Shown here: piece by piece, positions 49,201-61,650 of the stretch | How positions within the stretch are numbered: position 1 is the first letter of the stretch | Layout of the letters: the number at the start of each line of letters is the position of its first letter | NCBI GenBank assembly: GCA_010405405.1 | Contig: MU004231.1 | Location: 3,280,401-3,344,400, forward strand | Direction of reading: 5' to 3' | DNA from: Microthyrium microscopicum | Taxonomy: Eukaryota | Length of the DNA: 64,000 nt | The notes under the pieces: model-generated | What the model was told of the DNA's origin: nothing | The model's input: only the letters and a program-made list of their open reading frames with translations | Database searches by the model: none | Program-made: the position numbers and the translations under genes

Positions 49201-50337
49201 ACCAACAGATGTGAATGTGTTTCTATGACTCGTTATGGATTAAATTGAGGTTGCTAGTCTCTTTGAGAATTCTGGCGTTCTTGTACATTATTTCGTGAGG
49301 ATAATTTTTGGGCCCCATTCTTGTTAACGGCAGGAGATATCCACATTGTATTTGTTTGTTTTTATTGGTAAAAGTAACGACGTGCAAGCTAATTTCTTTT
49401 TTCTCTTGTTTAGCCGGAGCAGAATACAGTGCAGAGTCACAAACTCATCATCACCAAGCGCCAAATGGAAGCAACGGATCACCAAACGATGTTCGACAAG
49501 CTCAAAATTTCTACCCAAATTATCCCGCATCCTCCAACGGTATGGTAAGCTCAGTCGTACCGCCTACGGACGGTATAAGCCATCACGTAGCCGATTACAA
49601 GAACCATGTCATGACTTCATCGTCTTCATCGAAACACCAACAGGATGACGAGGAGACTACTACCAACAATGTGGCCCTTTTCGGTGATCTCCCCGAAGCA
49701 AAGCGACGCAAGTTCATTCTGGTCGACGATGCCCAGCGCGGTACACGAGTACGTGTTCGAGTTATGCTCGACCAGGTCCGCATGGCAGAAATGCCGGATT
49801 CATATCGCAAGAATAACTCTGTTTACCCACGCTCCTGGTTCGCAACAGAAATGCAGACTCCTCCTTCTTCTCCACGCCGAGGACGCTGGCCCGATGATGT
49901 GGAGGAAGTTGACATGGCGCCGGAGACAGCAGCGACTCGTACGCTCGTTCCAGTGCCGATGATGGATGGTTCGGAGACCAAGCTACCAGTACCGCGCATG
50001 ACGCGGACTAAACGTAGCAAGGAGGTGACGCTCAACGATCTTGGATATCGCATGAGCTGGAGCCAGAGTCGAGTCTTCTCAGGCCGTACTTTGTTCTTAC
50101 AGCGCTCTCGTAAGTTTTACTCGTGCTTCTCTAACAGAGAGTATAATGGGTTCTATATTCGAGTGAGTGAGAAGCTAACAATATCTGATAGTGGATGCCT
50201 ATCGCAACAAAATGCGTAGCACTATGGTGGCAGCTGGCCAAGACGTGGCATCTGTTGCACCACACTTTGAGACTCGTGTGGGCAAACGTAAGTGGATGGA
50301 GCGAGCAAAGAAGGCCAAGCGAGATCAATCTCCTTGA
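46296..50337 (+). CDS. Conserved fungal putative nuclear regulator with P/Q/H-rich N-terminus and two homologous domains; exons 47733-48027, 48145-49188, 49414-50109, 50192-50337 plus an uncertain first exon (46296-46376 or ATG-only 46860-46862)
   Basis: Conserved-looking block QDQNGVQWIAFEYSRDRVKMEYTIRCDVESV...NCVYPRA...LIQRAVDSWRN and a second copy NSVYPRS...FLQRSLDAYRN. Basic NLS-like ends (RSRRVRR, GKRKW...KKAKR). All listed introns are GT-AG with in-frame junctions. Confidence 0.85.
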
Positions 50338-50937
50338 GCCTAGTAGCTTCACTCTGTGCAGCAATATTCTTGGCGGTAAAGAGCGAGAGAAGAAAAAGCG
50401 GGCAAAGAGGGGGTGGAGGACCATATATATAGAGAAGTGACGAGGACTTCTCAAGGTCGACAAGGATATCGAGATCCTAGAAAAAGCAACATGATTCAGC
50501 CGGAAAGCTGGCCCATGGTGGGGCCCCCAGAAATTTTGTTAGTTTCACATTCTGCCCTTGCAGAAATCCCGCGTTCAATAACGACGGATTGTGCTAGGGA
50601 GGCATGGCTTGTGGACCAGGGAAAGACCGTGGTCAAGTGTGGCATCACGGACTACTTGGCCGCAATGATTGCAGTACTACAATTTCTGGTGCAGGGAAGC
50701 AGTCTATACCAATGCGGACATGGTTCTCTTGCTTGACACTTTTATTGGGCATCGGTCAACAACCAAAAAAATAGCATGGTTTCTGGGCATATTCGGATGG
50801 GAATGGGACGGAAAGGTCATGGGCATTATCAACGGTATCATCATCATCATCATCGAATTGCTAGGGCCAACAGTTCTTGTCTTCTTATTTTCTTTTCTCA
50901 CTATCAGGCCTCGGGCCAGTTCGTGTTCGGTCTTGCG

Positions 50938-50961
50938 TCTTCTTCTTCTTCTTCTTCTTCT
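50938..50961. repeat. (TCT)8 microsatellite in the 3' region of the upstream gene
   Basis: tcttcttcttcttcttcttcttct read directly; (CAT)n and (TAG)n runs lie nearby. Confidence 0.85.
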
Positions 50962-51699
50962 CAGCAGGGATACCTATTTCAGAGCAAGCTTGTTACGTCT
51001 AGTAGTGTATTCTGTGTATGTACGGTAGTATTCAGAAAGAAGGAGCAGTAGTACTAGTAGTAGTCGTATTCTGGGGCTTGCGGTCCAGCTGCAGGCAGTT
51101 GAACTGCTTACTAGTCCCAATTCAGACCTGTCAAAAATGTCATCCTCGTGGCTTTAACCTCAGACTTGACCGTTGCAAGTGTTTCTCCAGTTTCCAGTCT
51201 TTTGGTTGTTTCGTACTCTTCCACTTCCCACTGAAGTTCTCGGCCTAAACTCTTCAATTCCCAGCACTGGTGACGGGATAAACTGTCAGACCTCAAGCCA
51301 TCCACTGTGCTCTCTTTGTGCCGCGGACCAGAGCCTTCAGCCAAATACATGGTTCTGAATCCTTCGACCGTTGCTAGAAACCAGGATTATGCAAGGGTGT
51401 GAGCCGTTGACATACAGGGATATGCCCTCGCTTCACTCCCTCGGCTGAGACATTGTTTTATGACTATCTTATTCCTTTTTCCATCCAGGGCTGGCTGGCT
51501 GTTATATACGCCACAGGTTGAGCCGCTTCATGCTTTGTTCTGCCCTCCCGTCTTCCCAGTGTTCTAGGTCTTCAATTCGAGTTATCAGGTTGAACATCAA
51601 CTTCGATCTGTACGAAACAACTACCTATCGTACCATTATCCAATGGTCCAAATACTCCACGTATACACTCTTTAACGACAATTTACTAATCCCAGAAAA

Positions 51700-52870
51700 G
51701 TCCCAATTGCCGAGCGACTGGCGCCAGATAACGTCCTTGGTCAGACAGTCCGCGTTGTCTTTTCTCCCTGCAACGTTGATCCATTCTCTCGGTATCAGTA
51801 ATACAGAAATCAATCCCACCTGCTTCTCACGGACTTTTGCGCCGCTGAAAAACGGTACATGATACTATCAAGTTCAATTTCCTCATATTTGGCCGTGCCG
51901 TACAAGCACAAATCATGCCACGATTTCCACAGACATTGTCTTTCAACATGGCCAAACCACTAGTGCGATGTTGTTAGTTATCTACCGTGGTGTATACCCA
52001 ATTTCCCCCGCATACAGTAGAGAAAACCTGTTCTTCCCAGCAGCATGGATGCCTGGGACTCCCCGGGTTGTCAAAATCGTCTTCCTGGCTTATAGACTGG
52101 GATGCCCCACTTATGACCATCAGCAAAGTTGGCCAGGTTTGTTTCGAAGAAAACGTCTTCTTGCGCCGTTGCGGCGAGAGCAGAATCTTGCAACTCTGCC
52201 GTTGGTTTGCCGGTTGCAAAGAACTAGTGTAGCCCTGAAGGCTTGCTCAGAGCTGAACTTTCAAAACATGCATGAAGGCATTGCCAGGTTTAAACCTGTA
52301 AAAAGTACACTGTAAATGCATATTCGTAATCACATTTCGCAATTTTCGGGCAATTGCGCCTCGGCCCTCACGGCCGGTAAGTACCTCATTCCGCAATCAG
52401 GCCTTTCGTACAAAAGATTGAGGCACAGTGCGCTATACTGGCTTTTGGATCAGACAATCAGATAATTATGCCTGGGAGAGATATATGCAGAGCATCAAAA
52501 AGAGCTCGTAGACGACTCAAAGTGGTAAGCGAGCTTGTTTATCGTGATAGATGGGATGGTCAGCTGGTATGGGCCGTGAGCTCTATTGGGACGATGCTGT
52601 GGGTGGCCGCACACTGTCATATTCTGCGGCCAGTGCTTTCCTAGCCGCACTGGAATCCTCGACAGCTTTGCTGGGGTTGGCTAGATAGAGATGGAAGTGG
52701 GCTTGGGATCGCGCAATTGGCTGGGGAGCGGTAAGAGATGGTTGTTGCGCACGGCAGTTCAACAAGGGAATCACCTTCTGTTATCTTTCCGCCGCTATTC
52801 TGAATATCATTCGCCGTGTTGGAGATACAATGTGCGGGGCCTAGCTGTTGTAGCTTACTGGTGGTAGGAA
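51700..52870 (+). pseudogene. Decayed HET-6-like (heterokaryon incompatibility domain protein) C-terminal fragments
   Basis: Collinear broken fragments: HATISTDIVF (cf. ATDPRDKVF), ISPAYSRE (cf. IxPDYSKS), SSWLIDWD (cf. LPSWVPDW), QQGNHLLL..IIRRVGD..YNVRGLAVV (cf. QxGDxIxIL..ILR...YxLVGxCYV). Frameshifts and stops are present. Confidence 0.4.
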
Positions 52871-54893
52871 TTCAGAGTCGGCTCTTCCAATTGATGGAGC
52901 GCTCGAGTTTTGTGTGATACGACGAACGTTGTTGCTGCAGCCCGAACGCATCGATTGACAGGTCTGAGGCAGGGCATGATGCGGACCTGTCAAACATGGT
53001 TGTTGCATTAGTCCTTGCTGGGGCTCCCAGCTGGCGGAGCAGATATTCCAGGGATTGAGAGCGAGCCTTCGACGTACGAGTGAGTGCTAAATTAATGAGA
53101 AGGCTGTAATCGCCTTAGTGGCCGATGATTGCGTAGGTAGGTAGATAGTTACACTAGAAGATATGGACAAATGTTCCCGGTCGAATAATACAGCTTTACA
53201 ATATGTCATGGCAGAAATGGATTGTGCCGTATTGTAGTCGTGCATGTCGAGTTTACCGCCGAGTCAAGAGTGAATTGTATCGGATTGGTTGGGATCCCTT
53301 TGCTAAATAGACTGTTTCCTGAGACTGACACTTGGCTTGCCGTCGATTTCTGACACATTTTTGAGATGTGCGCTTGGATATTCGAGTTTTCAAATATACG
53401 TGGATAAACCAAGTCAATCTGACGGCTGATTCGGATTCAAGTTCTAAACACTACTTGGATAAACCAAGTTAATCCTACTAATTATTGTCACAAGAAGTTA
53501 CGGACTGGACGAAAATTTGCCTTGTTGCTGCTTGAATTGCCCCTGAATCAATTACTGACGAAACAATAATGCAATAACTTGTCAAGTTGCGTACATAATT
53601 CAGATTAAACGGAGCATCTCATGTTCGGGAATGGGTAATCCTTGATCATTCAAAGACTTCGGGGTCAGATGATGAATACCTTAGGTAGTCAAAGGGCGAT
53701 ATCACAACCGAAATATCAGATAGAAAGCAGTACAGCTCAAACGAGAGATCTTGCAGCAATAGCGTAGCTTGAGAGATCTAGCTAGTAGGCTGAGGTGGTT
53801 TTTCAAGTGTGGTAGATGATATCTGAGCCAATTATAGTATGGGAAGTATTGTAAAATGTGTTTTCTATATTTAAGATATATGCATAGTACAAAGATAGCC
53901 AGCTCAATATTGGCTTCGGAGAGATACAGCAATGAAAAAAGATGACATTTAAGGCTTCTTTCTCCCATCATAAAATCACCCATGGAGTTAGATCAGAACA
54001 ATGAGAGCTAGACTCGATCGACCTGAAGTTGCCACTAGCCGACTAAAGGGAGAAGACGAACCCGTGAAGGTACACTGATGGTCTAGATGCATAACAACAT
54101 GTAATAAGTTACAAAATCACTTACAATAGCCTCTGAGGACTCTCAATGGCGAAGGCTATTGGCTTGTAACTTAGAAGTATCCTTGGCTGTCCGTTGTAGA
54201 ATAGCGTAAAAATTTGCGACCTTGGAGACCGAGTAGGCTAAATAAGGGTACGGAATCGCAATCGGAATAATAGGCAGCTTTTAAAATTATTTCAATAAGG
54301 ACTGTTTTAGCAAGTTCGTCTTCATTTCTCGCCACTATCTCGCCGGCATAGGATCAGCTCCAACACCGCGGACAGCATGGAATTGAACCTGAACCCTCTA
54401 GTGAGCAACAAAGATTTCACAGGAGCATGTATGGCATAAATAGATCACAAATTGGTTCAAAAATGCCATGCAAGTAAATCTCGTAGTACTGCGCGGCTAA
54501 TGCAGCCAATTGAAATCGGGTTTAAAAGCTCTTTCTATGCATTCTCAACAGCTTGATCGGGCCATTTTCAACCATTTGCAACTTGCCTCCCAAAGCAAAA
54601 TAAAATGATGTCGCCTTTCCTAGCTATGACTTGGAAAGAAGTTAAAATTAGAAATAGAAAAACTCAGCCACTTTTCGACTTTGCTGTGGATGAGTCGATT
54701 CTAGATAGTGGAATGACTGCATCATGACTCTTTCTAGCGCGCGCTTCGGTGTTGCTTATGCAAGCTACAGCGCTAAATTCAGTGGCCAACCTCATCCTCT
54801 ATTTCCCTTTCATATTGTTTTGCCCCATCCGTTTTGAATAGATAATTTTTACCTTTACAAAGTGTATGGCTCATATATGACAGAGATAGTAGG

Positions 54894-56752
54894 ATGGCCA
54901 AAGGGAAAGGCCAAAAGAACAAGCGCAAGCTGCGTATCACGCCACGACCATCGACAACCAAACCCAACGGACAAGCCACTCAGGTATGCTCTTCTCGCTT
55001 ACTGATTTTGATTTTCCACTGGAGACGGGGGTGAAACTCCTACAGCACATGTCTGCCTGGAATCATGTTCTGGAGTTCATGATTGCGATGAAAAATTAAT
55101 TGACAGGTTCCAGCTTTCCGTAAACCAGCGTCTGGAGCAATTACGAAGAGAGGCATCCCAGAATGCATCTTCGAGTCAAATAGAAGAAGTTTTCCAGGCA
55201 GTTTCTACCCGTTCAGTGCCTAGAAATCTCCGAGAGCTCCTACAAATTCCAGAGACTGGTCCGATCCTTCCTCGAACTCGCCGGGGTGGAAGAAGAATCG
55301 ACAGCAGACGAGGCATACCAGGTAAACTGACCCATATGCACTTCTTCATCAGTAATGGGCTTACATATGCTAGGGCCGCCACCTCCTCCAAGCTGGCTGA
55401 ACACCAGAAGCTGGGATCCACTGAAGCCAACGTGGCCAGAATCTTCTCTTCTCAATGAACCATTACAGCAAACACCCAAATTCAGCAAATTGTCATCACT
55501 GAATCTTCCCGGTCGTGCTCTTCCGAAAGAACACACCTTATTAGACTACTGTTTCAAGTCGATTGCTCGGAGTTGGGACACAATACCTCGATTTGTGAAG
55601 GACGAAACCTCTATCACCACGACTCAACTTCGCGAAGCCCTGTTAGCATATATCTCCACGTTTGGGCCTCGATATGCCTTCAAAATTGAACACCTTCGAG
55701 CCTTTTTCGAACTAGAAGACGCATTAGATCTTGTATGGCTCGATCTTACTGGGCTTATCAGCGCTAATTTGACCCTACAAAATCTGTCAAACTTCTTATC
55801 AGAACCTGACGACGCCATTTATCAAATCGATGACTCTGAAGATCCCGAATCAGTTGAACAAGACTACCAAATAGAGGACTCGGACAATTTATCTTGGGAA
55901 GAACAAGCTGACCGAGAAGAATGGTATCCTCTACAAAATGGCCTCGAAACAGTGGCATTTGTACACCTTACACATTTATCTCTCGCAGACGCTGGAAAGT
56001 TCGCATCTTGGAAAGATCTCTTGAACCTAGCTCCGAAGCTATTCAAAATCACGCATTTGTCTTTGGCTCATTGGCCTACCCCATCTATGACACCAAATTC
56101 TACGAAACAATTTATTGAGACCAGTCATGGTATCATACCTGCCGGTGGAACCGATAACTACTCAGTGACGCGAGGGGACTGGGCAGAAGCGGCCAATATA
56201 TTGCGACGCTTCTCAGAGATGACAAGAAGTCTCGAATGGCTAGATCTACAAGGCTGCGAGAGATGGGTACCTGCTCTGATCTTCAGAGAGGACCAAGATT
56301 ATGATGAAGCATGGAACGGCCAGGATTATTACATACAATCCGGCCCAAACTGGAACGGGGGTTGGAGTCGAGTAACATATCTCAATCTCTCTCAAGATTG
56401 GATACCATCCACGTTGGACGACGTAAAGAGTATTACACCTGGTGCTATACAAGACGAGCTGATGGTTTATGTGAAAAGGCTTAAAGAGCAGAGAAAAGAA
56501 AGTGAAACGGAGGAGAGGAAGTTGGATGATCAGGGAAATCCAGTTGAGGATTTAACTGCTCCACACAACGTCGACTACCAATTCTGGCCACTAGCAGAGC
56601 ATGAATGCCGAAAGGTGGAAGAGGCAATTCGCACTTGTCGAAAAGGAATGGGTCCCTGGTGCAATGTGGATCATGGATGGCATGGTTCTATCTACAGCAA
56701 ACGACATTCCGAGAAACCGGACGTGGACCTTACATCGAACTGGCTCACTTGA
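54894..56752 (+). CDS. Conserved fungal hypothetical protein with LRR/RNI-like C-terminal region; introns 54984-55113 and 55322-55373
   Basis: Spliced N-terminus MAKGKGQKNKRK...SVNQRLEQLRRE...SVPRNLRELLQIPET...GPPPPPSW. LRR-like segments WLDLTG, LTHLSLA, ITHLSLAHWPTP and LEWLDLQGC. Confidence 0.8.
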
Positions 56753-57885
56753 TCCAGCTCTCCTAGTCCCCTATTTCACACATACGTGATGGGTTCAGAA
56801 CCTCCTCATTGATCAATCCAATGGCTGGAGACGTCTATACGCAGCTAGAGCAACGTAGAGCGGATTGAAGCGGCGCGAATTCTTCTCTCAACGACGAACT
56901 CGGCCAGAGCACTCGTCGTTACGCTACGCAGGCAAATTGCAGCTTCGATATCAGGCCACTTCTGAAGAGTAGATACAAGAGCAGTGCGGCAAAATATCGC
57001 GGCAGCTAGTTGAGCAAGGAAGCTCCTAGCTAGAAAGCTTAGCTAGCACCTTAGTTGCCCTAGCAGATAAGAATTATCAGTTTCCCCATTTATTTGGGCT
57101 CCTTGGGCGGCGGGGAGAAGTTGGAGATTCGAGACAAAATGTACAGGAGTGAGAAAAAAGGGCACGTCCTCTGATCCACGTGCCCTTACGGGTCGTCCCG
57201 CAGATCTGGCCAATTGAACGTGATATATGACGCCGCTGACGTCGCGTTGCTGCATTGCTTCAACTCCTCTTCATCAGGCCGATGGCTTCGATATACAGCA
57301 AATTTTCCGATCATGGCAGCCTAGTATGGACTTTATTCAAGGTTTTTGAAATCTTCGCACTTCGATGCCTGCACTGTTAGCGATGGTTGAGCTGATCCCA
57401 GGTTTCCTATATCTTGCTGATAATTGTTATGGGCAGTAACATTCACACATTGGTTCTCGTAATGCACAGATTTGAAGCTTCGGTGCGCTTCAAAATGAAG
57501 ATGAAACTATTGGATAGTGATTCCAACATGAATGCTCTATGGTCTTATGGAATTATTTTCCAGTGAATCAATGTCCTTCATAAAAGTATGCATTTCCTCA
57601 AGCCCTGCATGCAGAAAAAAAAGGCCATGATAAAGTTGGTCCCAGTATGCCGGTTCCCAGATAACGCCTAAACTACCGGCCGCTAACAAAGCTACTAATA
57701 CAAGTGGAGAAAAATGAATATATGTGTAGTTCATGAGGATGATCGTCTCAGACGGTCAGTGAATCGTAATGCCATGTCGATCGTCCATTTGGTGACGGGA
57801 GAGCCGTAGCGACGACTCGCATCGGGAGCATCAATGCATGGTGATGTAGTCGCTCGAGATATATCGTGTGCAAATGAAACTGCTG

Positions 57886-58110
57886 TCATGAGCTTGCAGT
57901 GCTGTCTGGAGATCCGCTCTTTGAGTGTAGGTTGGAAAGTGATGCAAATGCGCTGCTCATAGCTGAGTAGTTTGACGATTGTGATTGTTGTGAGGATGTG
58001 GATGATGATCTTGGGGTAGCGAGATGTAGAGTAATGCAATCGCTGCAAGCTCCTTTTGATGTGTTGGTTCGTCCCCGGCAGCCTCGTTCATAGTTGTTGC
58101 AAGAGAACAT
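57886..58110 (-). CDS. 74-aa microprotein with N-terminal C-x6-C-x10-C-x2-C motif and Ser-rich tail
   Basis: MFSCNNYERGCRGRTNTSKGACSDC...; strong start context CAAAACCAACATG after a C/A-rich leader. Confidence 0.72.
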   Translation of the reverse strand: MFSCNNYERGCRGRTNTSKGACSDCITLHLATPRSSSTSSQQSQSSNYSAMSSAFASLSNLHSKSGSPDSTASS

Positions 58111-59195
58111 GTTGGTTTTGAGAAGGAGGAAATTGGAGTTTTTGTGCGGAAGAGGTTGATGTTTGTTAAAGTTCAGGTGTGGTGTAGGATCAAAGTTTTA
58201 GACTTGAAGGGATGGAGGTTGGGATAAATATGTTTGTTTCTGTAGCAGGCAGTCACGAACGATGATCTCGGGACTCTGCGAATCATTAAATAGTTGTGAC
58301 GGAGACTACCGCTTTCGGGCGACACGACGACGTAGCGCAAACATATGGGAAACAGGGTCTTGCGGCGATGATGTAGTGTGTGTTGTTGAGGGTCAAGAGG
58401 GTCTTCAGGGGTCGTACCAGGTATGCGGTTGTTTTTATTGGATGAGAGGTTGTATACCATGTCAAAGAATAAGAAAAATGCATCCTAAATTCTGCATCAC
58501 GCCCGTCCATTATTGAATAGAGTACAAAAGGTCCAATCGTGCCTCGTGCCAACTAGTAATTACTAGTAGCCGCATTAAACTATGCAGGACGGCTCAATTG
58601 CATCGTAGCCTCGCTTGGATGAATTGTACCTTCAGATACAGTTCTTTCTGGCGTATAAATCATCTCATATGAACCATTGAGGCTGCGGCTAACTTATGAG
58701 GTGCCTCCAATGATAAAAACACGCCTGCAGCTTTCTGCATTAGTTTGGTTCATCATGCTGGCAAACCTCAGTCCGGCGTCTGAGAACCAGTAATATGAGG
58801 GTGAACGGCAGAGCATCTTGCGAACTCATGATCATTTCCATTGGTATTTTAACGTATGACTTTTCGAAGGGACCACAAATTCTAGCATAAAAGAATTGAA
58901 GCTTTAACTCTGTTCAGAAGGAAGAATAGAGTTTATGCAAGATGAAACTGTGGGAAGGACTGGAGGCACAGATCAAATTTTCTTTCAACCCAATGCTTGA
59001 GCCCAACATTTAATCCTTACTATTTTTCTGTCTTTTTTCAGTTATCATGTCATTATCAATTGGCGCTCTGTTACCGAGTCAGTTTCTCGGTTATGGATCA
59101 TAGGCCAGGATGGCTTGAAAATTTCTTCTACAACATAATGGGCTATTGAAGCTTCCAGGACATTGAATATTGAGCTGTATTTGCTACCAAGCCTG

Positions 59196-61195
59196 TCATA
59201 GTTTGCTACGAGGATCAGAGAAAGAAAACAAGCCTCTTCCCTCAGTGGTAGGATCTTTAGACATCCATCCAGATCTACCGATAAGCTCGACCTTGGAGCT
59301 AGCCAGTTCTCTTAGAGTCTCCCCGTCTGCTTCGTTAGCCAAAACTCGGTCGTCATTGGCTTTGAGTCTGCAAACTATGTATGCCATAGAAGGCGCACCT
59401 GATCTGTCGTACTCAATTGTGTAAGTCTGTTGAACCAGTTAGCTGAAGATCGCTCGAGTCCTAAGGGAACATACTTCGATCGTCACCTCTCCAACTGCGT
59501 CCCTGGTCACACGAGGCTTTGGAAGATGTTCTAGATTCTCAGGGAGCATGTCTTGCTCTGGATATCCAGAACCATCAGCGCGCGGGCTCGATGAGATGCA
59601 GATGACATGCTGGTAGGTTAATGTTCCTCCGTTTGCGAGTATCAAGCCGTTCTTTTCTCTCCCGTTTCGAAGTCTGCGAACCATCTCAATGATGGCATGC
59701 ATCGAGTAGTTGTTACCGGCTCCTCCAAAGGAGGTCAGGCCACCAAGTAGAGTAATTGGTTTACTCCCTCCAATAATAGGTAGACCCAAATGTTGGCAAG
59801 CCAGCTTGGGAACAATAGGAAAGCAGCTAATAGTCAAAAGCTTAGCGAAATCCCCAAGCAGATACAAGAAAACTTACGAATAGAAGTCAAATAGATCAAT
59901 ATCGTTAACCGATATGTTGGAAGTCTTTAAAGCGGCGTCTAAGGACTGCGAAATGGAAGGACTGGAATAGAAGTTCGGCCGCTCCCAGACTATCTTCGTA
60001 AGTATCAACTCGCACGTACGGGGAAATTGCTTACACCCATAGGCATCTCTCGTTCCGGCTCCACCTAATGGATATATCCATCTGTCTTTTGAAATTTCAA
60101 GTTGTTCCGCTGTTTCTGTCGAGGTGATGATACATGCCCCAGCCAAGTTCACGTTGTTGAATGCGTTCATCAGCAGAGGATCTTATCCTGTTAATTAGGG
60201 GTGAATTTTTGTGGCTGGATACCACTTACACGGGAAGCATATATTCCTATTCTTTTTCGAGACAGTTCCAATTTCGATTTTAGTCGAGGGCGGCTTCCCA
60301 TAGCTCCAAGCCATTGGATTTTGCGATGCTACCTCCGCAAAATCGGCGTAAAGCTGAGCAGATTCATCGTTATTTTCTTGAATAGACTGGTTCCTTGCTG
60401 CTCGAAACGCGTTTTCATACAGAGGATAGACCTGAATTGGCGCTCCGATCGAATGGATCCCGCCGAGATCTATCGCCTCTGGTCAGTGATAATCAGGAGC
60501 CAAGAGTTCATTGCTCACCGCCTCCTAGTTCTCGAGTTGTGGGAGAAAATACCGAGTCCACGTTTTTATCGACTGGAGTCCATCCCGGTGGTGGAAGCTT
60601 TCCTTTTGCAGCGCAACTAGTGACTATGCAGAGTTAGAAGCGTCAAGATCATACACAACTGGAAGCATACGTGATGCTAAAGCTTCCCCTCCTGCGATGA
60701 CTGCTACTCTACATTTCCGTTGCGAAACTCGTCGAGCGGCTTCATCGAACAATCTTGCTGGCTGGTTCCCACCATGCGGACTGGTTTCGCAGTGTGTAGG
60801 TTTTAAATCCAGACTTTGGGCAACAAGACCAGGAAGATTTGAGTATGCTAAGTGCCTGTCAGTACTTTCTTAAAGTTAAATATACGGTAGTACTTGTATT
60901 AGAATATCTTGAGCTCTGCTCCGCCTTAATTCGGCAGCGCAGTTAGTCGGCGTATGAAACAGGGAGGATTGTGCAAGATGTAAATTGACAACTCACGCCA
61001 GGTCCAAGGTAATACTATGTCTACGCTATCAATAGACAGCTGTAGCTTTCTCTGGGCAGCGTCACTTGCCCCACTGTCCCTGATGGCATTTTGAACCGCT
61101 TTGATAATCAGCTGTAAAGGCTCTATGGCATCCTCAACCTTGGAGGATCGATTGATTATATCTCCTACTCCAATCACTACGGGAGTTGCCGACAT
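59196..61195 (-). CDS. Thiolase-like protein (acetyl-CoA acetyltransferase-like, TLP type with extra C-terminal domain); 7 introns
   Basis: MSATPVVIGVGD, HGGNQPA, VIAGGEALAS, VYPLYEN, FPYPLLMNAFNNVNLAGACI, DFYSCFP, LGGLTSFGGAGNNYSMHA, LANGG and ETYTIEY. All seven introns could be spliced in frame by hand. Confidence 0.88.
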
Positions 61196-61495
61196 AGCTT
61201 CGTGCTGTGTTTAGTGACGTATCGAATGGACTGCGAGGCGATCAAGCTATCATGATATGATCTTCAAGGTAAGCTGTATCCGCTCGGTGACATTGATCAA
61301 TCACTGTGGTGATACTCAATATACTGTATCGTGGCTAGGTGGTGCTTTTGGAATTGCCAAAGTTCCATTTTCATCAATGTCAGTTACAATGACTCGTCGC
61401 TCAGTGTAATGTCATTGGTTGCGACTGAACGAACTGGAGACGTGACATCCCTGCCCGCCAAATGGGGGCTGTTCAGGATAGCGGTGCCTGGAGTA

Positions 61496-61648
61496 CTACC
61501 GTTTTTACCCTTTCAGTTGGGACATGCTAGCGCGGGTTTTTAGGCGAGGTTTGTCCGTGAGCGATAGCGAGTCACTCCCTAAACTTAGAGCGCCACCAGC
61601 AAAATAAAGCGCGCTAGCATGTCCCAACTGAAAGGGTAAAAACGGTAG
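61496..61648. mobile_element. MITE, 153 bp, perfect 39-bp TIRs, TA target-site duplication (Tc1/mariner-type)
   Basis: ctaccgtttttaccctttcagttgggacatgctagcgcg (61496-61534) is the exact reverse complement of 61610-61648. TA flanks at 61494-61495 and 61649-61650. Confidence 0.88.
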
Positions 61649-61650
61649 TA

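Noticed and set aside
50110..50191. Internal CTAACAG and GTGAGT suggesting a micro-exon or stwintron within the last intron
   Set aside because: The resulting introns would be about 28-30 nt, too short, and no interrupted donor is reconstituted.
52955..52993. 10-12 bp inverted repeat TTGACAGGTC...GACCTGTCAA
   Set aside because: Isolated and short, with no TSD or other context.
53401..53476. Two about 20-bp direct repeats (TGGATAAACCAAGTYAATC) 55 bp apart, CRISPR-like spacing
   Set aside because: Only two copies, eukaryotic context and no cas genes; a simple local duplication.
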